Assembly: GCA_964566535.1 (NCBI GenBank)
Contig: CAZMIO010000001.1
Coordinates: 124,001-183,750, forward strand
Origin: an uncultured Methanosarcinales archaeon
Lineage (GTDB): Archaea; Nanobdellota; Nanobdellia; Woesearchaeales; CAZOXR01
DNA length: 59,750 bases
Direction of reading: 5' to 3'
Of this stretch, positions 57,201 through 59,750 are shown in pieces. The notes below the pieces were generated by a model. That model saw nothing but the letters and a program-made list of their open reading frames with translations. It was not told where the DNA came from and made no database searches. How positions within the stretch are numbered: position 1 is the stretch's first letter; each line of letters opens with the position of its first letter. Position numbers and translations under genes: made by a program.

Positions 57201-57302
57201 GGGCTTGTAGTCTAGCGGCTATGACGTCGCCTCGACAATTGAAGAGTAGTCCTCTTTGAATTGAATAGGCGGAGGTCGCCAGTTCGAATCTGGCCAGGCC
57301 CA
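57201..57302 (+). tRNA. tRNA-Val(GAC) with a 29-nt intron (57238..57266) at position 37/38
   Basis: Acceptor GGGCTTG/CAGGCCC; anticodon stem TCGCC/GGCGG; T arm GCCAG-TTCGAAT-CTGGC. The BHB central helix TCGA/TTGA is flanked by two 3-nt bulges. Confidence 0.93.
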
Positions 57303-57310
57303 TCACTATA

Positions 57311-58405
57311 ATGAAAGAAAATAATGGCCCAAAGTATGTATCTTTTGTTTTTATAGTATTAGCTTTAGTCGTTGCTTTTCTGATTGTAAGACCATTTATT
57401 ACTACTATCTTAACGAGCATATTAGTTGCCTATATTGCACATCCCTTATTTGTTAAGATAAATAAGTTGTTTAGAAATAGAAATCTATCTGCTTTTGTTA
57501 TCTCCTTTTTAATCGTTTTATTGATTGTGCTGCCTTTGTTTTTTGTCGTTAACATCGTTACAAGGGAAGCATATGTGGGGTATATTAGTTCTAAACAGCT
57601 GATTGGCAGCGGAGATATTTTTAAAGATAATTGTGAAGGTAAAACTAATTTCATCTGTAGTTTATCTTTATCTATTGAAGAGTTTTTTTCAAATCCTCAA
57701 ACGAGATACTATATTGAAGACACCGTGGAGAAAGTTAGTACTTTTGTAATAAATAGTGCCTCTGCTTTTCTTTTATCTATTCCAGTTATGATCATTAACT
57801 TTTTTATTATGATTTTTATCATATTCTATCTTTTGAAGGATGGGAAAGTGATGTATGAAAGATTAGAGGAATTTATTCCATTAAAGGGTCACCATAGGAA
57901 AAGTGTTCTGAAAAAAATAAGTGATGTTACTTATGCTGTTGTTTATGGACAGCTTTTTGTTGCGATTATACAAGGTAGTTTAGGTGGACTTGGGTTTTTG
58001 ATGTTTGGAGTACAATCTCCACTTTTATGGGCTGTTGTGATGTCCCTACTTGCGTTACTACCCTGGGTTGGACCTCCTGTTGTTTGGTTGCCTGCGGCGT
58101 TGTTTCAGATAATTAATGGAATATTACAGTCTGATAATGGATTGATTACAAGTGGAATTCTATTGATATTGTATGGGCTATTGATTGTAGGCACGATTGA
58201 TAATATATTGCGGCCTAAACTAATTGGGGAGAGAGGGGGAATACATCCCATCTTGGCATTAATTGGAGTTATTGGAGGATTGCAGTTGTTTGGGTTCATA
58301 GGAATATTTATTGGGCCGATTATATTGGCTATTATTATGGCTTTAATCAAGATATATGAGGAAGAAAAAAACATAGAGCCTATTTCTGAAGCTAGGGAAG
58401 AATGA
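57311..58405 (+). CDS. AI-2E (PerM/UPF0118) family transporter
   Basis: AYIAHP, FYLLKDG, IIQG.LGG.GF, IDNILRP.LIG, GG..LFG.IGIFIGP. Confidence 0.93.
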   Translation: MKENNGPKYVSFVFIVLALVVAFLIVRPFITTILTSILVAYIAHPLFVKINKLFRNRNLSAFVISFLIVLLIVLPLFFVVNIVTREAYVGYISSKQLIGSGDIFKDNCEGKTNFICSLSLSIEEFFSNPQTRYYIEDTVEKVSTFVINSASAFLLSIPVMIINFFIMIFIIFYLLKDGKVMYERLEEFIPLKGHHRKSVLKKISDVTYAVVYGQLFVAIIQGSLGGLGFLMFGVQSPLLWAVVMSLLALLPWVGPPVVWLPAALFQIINGILQSDNGLITSGILLILYGLLIVGTIDNILRPKLIGERGGIHPILALIGVIGGLQLFGFIGIFIGPIILAIIMALIKIYEEEKNIEPISEAREE

Positions 58406-58429
58406 TTATTCTTTTTTTTGTTTAATATA

Positions 58430-58504
58430 TTTCTAAATATAGAAACAATATTCTAATAATGGGATAACTATTTATTTTATGGAATTTAGTTACTAAAATA
58501 GAAA
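58430..58504. promoter_or_regulatory. Palindromic operator-like sites upstream of a wHTH gene
   Basis: TTTCTA-AATA-TAGAAA (58430..58445) and the related TTACTAAAATAGAAA (58490..58504) next to TTTAAATG. Confidence 0.35.
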
Positions 58505-58537
58505 ACTATTTAAATGAGGGAATGGATTAGGTGTTGT

Positions 58538-58795
58538 ATGAGTGAAATAGTAATGGAAGGATTGATAGATAGTAAGTTAACTAGAGTTATAAAGACGTTT
58601 CTTAGAGATAAAGATGGGCTTTTTCATTTGAAGAAGATTTCTAATCATTCAAAAGTTCCTTTGACTACTACACTTGCTATAACTAAGAAGCTAGTTGGCC
58701 TGGATATCTTGGAGATAGTTGTTATTGGAAAATTTAAACTGTATCGACTTGCTAAAAATAAGAAAACTGAATTTATTGATAAGGTAATAAGATGA
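58538..58795 (+). CDS. Small winged-helix DNA-binding protein
   Basis: FHLKKISNHSKVPLTTT..ITKKLV.LDILE...IGKFKLYRL. Confidence 0.75.
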   Translation: MSEIVMEGLIDSKLTRVIKTFLRDKDGLFHLKKISNHSKVPLTTTLAITKKLVGLDILEIVVIGKFKLYRLAKNKKTEFIDKVIR

Positions 58796-59750
58796 GAAAG
58801 GTAAAAAAAGAGGAAATGATTGTATTTATGGTTGTGCTACTGGGTGTTGTGGCGTTTACATTAGTTAATGATCCTACCATTACTGGCAATGTTGCCGTCT
58901 ATAGGATATATGGTTTTGGTAATTTCTCTGGTGAAGATGGAGGTCCTGTTGAGGGAAACAGTCCTCCGATTATTTATTTTTACAAACCCACTGCTCCTGT
59001 CTTGAATATTGGTACTGAAGGCGAGCAGAGCTTTGTTATTGAGAAGGCAGATCCTGATAATGACGAAATGAGTGTGAAATGGTATCTGAATAGTTTCTTG
59101 GTTAAAGAGGATAGTGATTATTATGTATTTAGTGGTGGAGATTATGATCTAGGGCGCTATAATCTTACTGTAGTTGTTTCGGATGGCTCTTTATCAGATA
59201 AGAGGGAGTGGGTGTTTAAACTTGAGGAGGGCGGTGTTGTAGAAGAGGATTACTGCGGGGAGTGTTGCGGGGTTGTGTGTGCTCCGTCTGAGGTAGAATG
59301 CCCTGATGGTTATATTGCTACTTGTGCGAATCAGTGCGATGTAAGGAATGGGAGATGCTCTACATGTGAGCCAACATGTACTTTGTATCCTGCTGCTTCC
59401 TATATTTCTGGGAATTATCAGACTATCAGAAGAGATGGTTTGAGTGGTATCAGCAGAAGAACTGTGCCTTGTATAAATGTGACATCTGAGAAGAAGAGAG
59501 TAGCTATAAATGAAGTTGATATTGAGCAGTTTGCGAATATGCCGGAAGGTTATTCAATGATATTGTCTCCTTTTAATTTGGATTGTGAGGGTGGGGAGGT
59601 AGAGCTTACATTGAGTTTGCCTAATGACTTTAAGGATATCCAGGCATTGAGATGTTCTGGTGTTGATTGTTATCCTAATGTTGTTGAACGAACAAGGAAT
59701 CTTGAATGTGGTGGGAGGATTGTTAAGGAATTTGTTGAGAAGAGCGAATA
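58792..59750 (+). CDS. Cell-surface protein, 3'-truncated by the window edge (not in ORF track)
   Basis: Open frame MRKVKKEEMIVFMVVLLGVVAFTLVNDPTITGNV..., then an Ig/PKD-like unit (NSPP...DPDND....WYLN...YNLTVVVSDG) and a Cys-rich segment; ATGA overlap with the wHTH gene. Confidence 0.85.
   Translation, partial: MRKVKKEEMIVFMVVLLGVVAFTLVNDPTITGNVAVYRIYGFGNFSGEDGGPVEGNSPPIIYFYKPTAPVLNIGTEGEQSFVIEKADPDNDEMSVKWYLNSFLVKEDSDYYVFSGGDYDLGRYNLTVVVSDGSLSDKREWVFKLEEGGVVEEDYCGECCGVVCAPSEVECPDGYIATCANQCDVRNGRCSTCEPTCTLYPAASYISGNYQTIRRDGLSGISRRTVPCINVTSEKKRVAINEVDIEQFANMPEGYSMILSPFNLDCEGGEVELTLSLPNDFKDIQALRCSGVDCYPNVVERTRNLECGGRIVKEFVEKSE

Noticed and set aside
57226..57272. Alternative reading of the tRNA as Ser(CGA) with a normal C32-U33
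   Set aside because: There is no long variable arm, and both the anticodon stem and the BHB geometry only work for GAC
3729..57302. Integrated element at either tRNA
   Set aside because: No duplicated tRNA 3' end or integrase seen, and the flanking genes are housekeeping
57136..57420. 94-aa minus-strand ORF
   Set aside because: It is the antisense reading of tRNA-Val and the start of the AI-2E gene
2934..58374. Many short antisense or overlapping ORFs in the track (e.g. 2934..3224, 5730..6068, 12183..12587, 43145..43690, 58105..58374)
   Set aside because: They are shadows of well-supported genes on the opposite strand or in another frame, with no motifs or initiation signals

Overview
AT-rich archaeal chromosome segment. 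Archaeal identity is firm (eL15, eS17, Alba, Spt5, SecE, FtsZ1, thermosome, class I LysRS, a BHB tRNA intron). A DPANN/Woesearchaeota-like origin is inferred from gene style and cannot be proven without a search. The backbone is housekeeping: uvrC (partial), uvrB, ftsZ-secE-spt5, sepF, cmk, slyD, lysS, ileS, lysC, pgi/pmi, nnrE, tRNA-Arg(TCG) and an intron-containing tRNA-Val(GAC). Energy and redox genes are richer than expected: ApbE plus rnfCDGEA and a very short rnfB, a K+-dependent Na+-type membrane pyrophosphatase, rubrerythrin, and a PerR/Fur regulator ahead of class Ia nrdAB. About 15 orphan genes are scattered, mostly singly, between the housekeeping genes. Many are strongly lysine-poor, and several show motif traces of toxin/effector folds (ADP-ribosyltransferase x2, caspase-like protease, kinase-like, TraB/TIKI-like, GNAT). 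These are the best candidate for an undescribed system. Two small genes missing from the ORF track (a CC1-like chromatin protein and a 40-aa zinc finger), a pair of HIT proteins lacking the catalytic His, and two structured intergenic elements were also found. No CRISPR array, integrase, transposase, reverse transcriptase or rRNA was seen.
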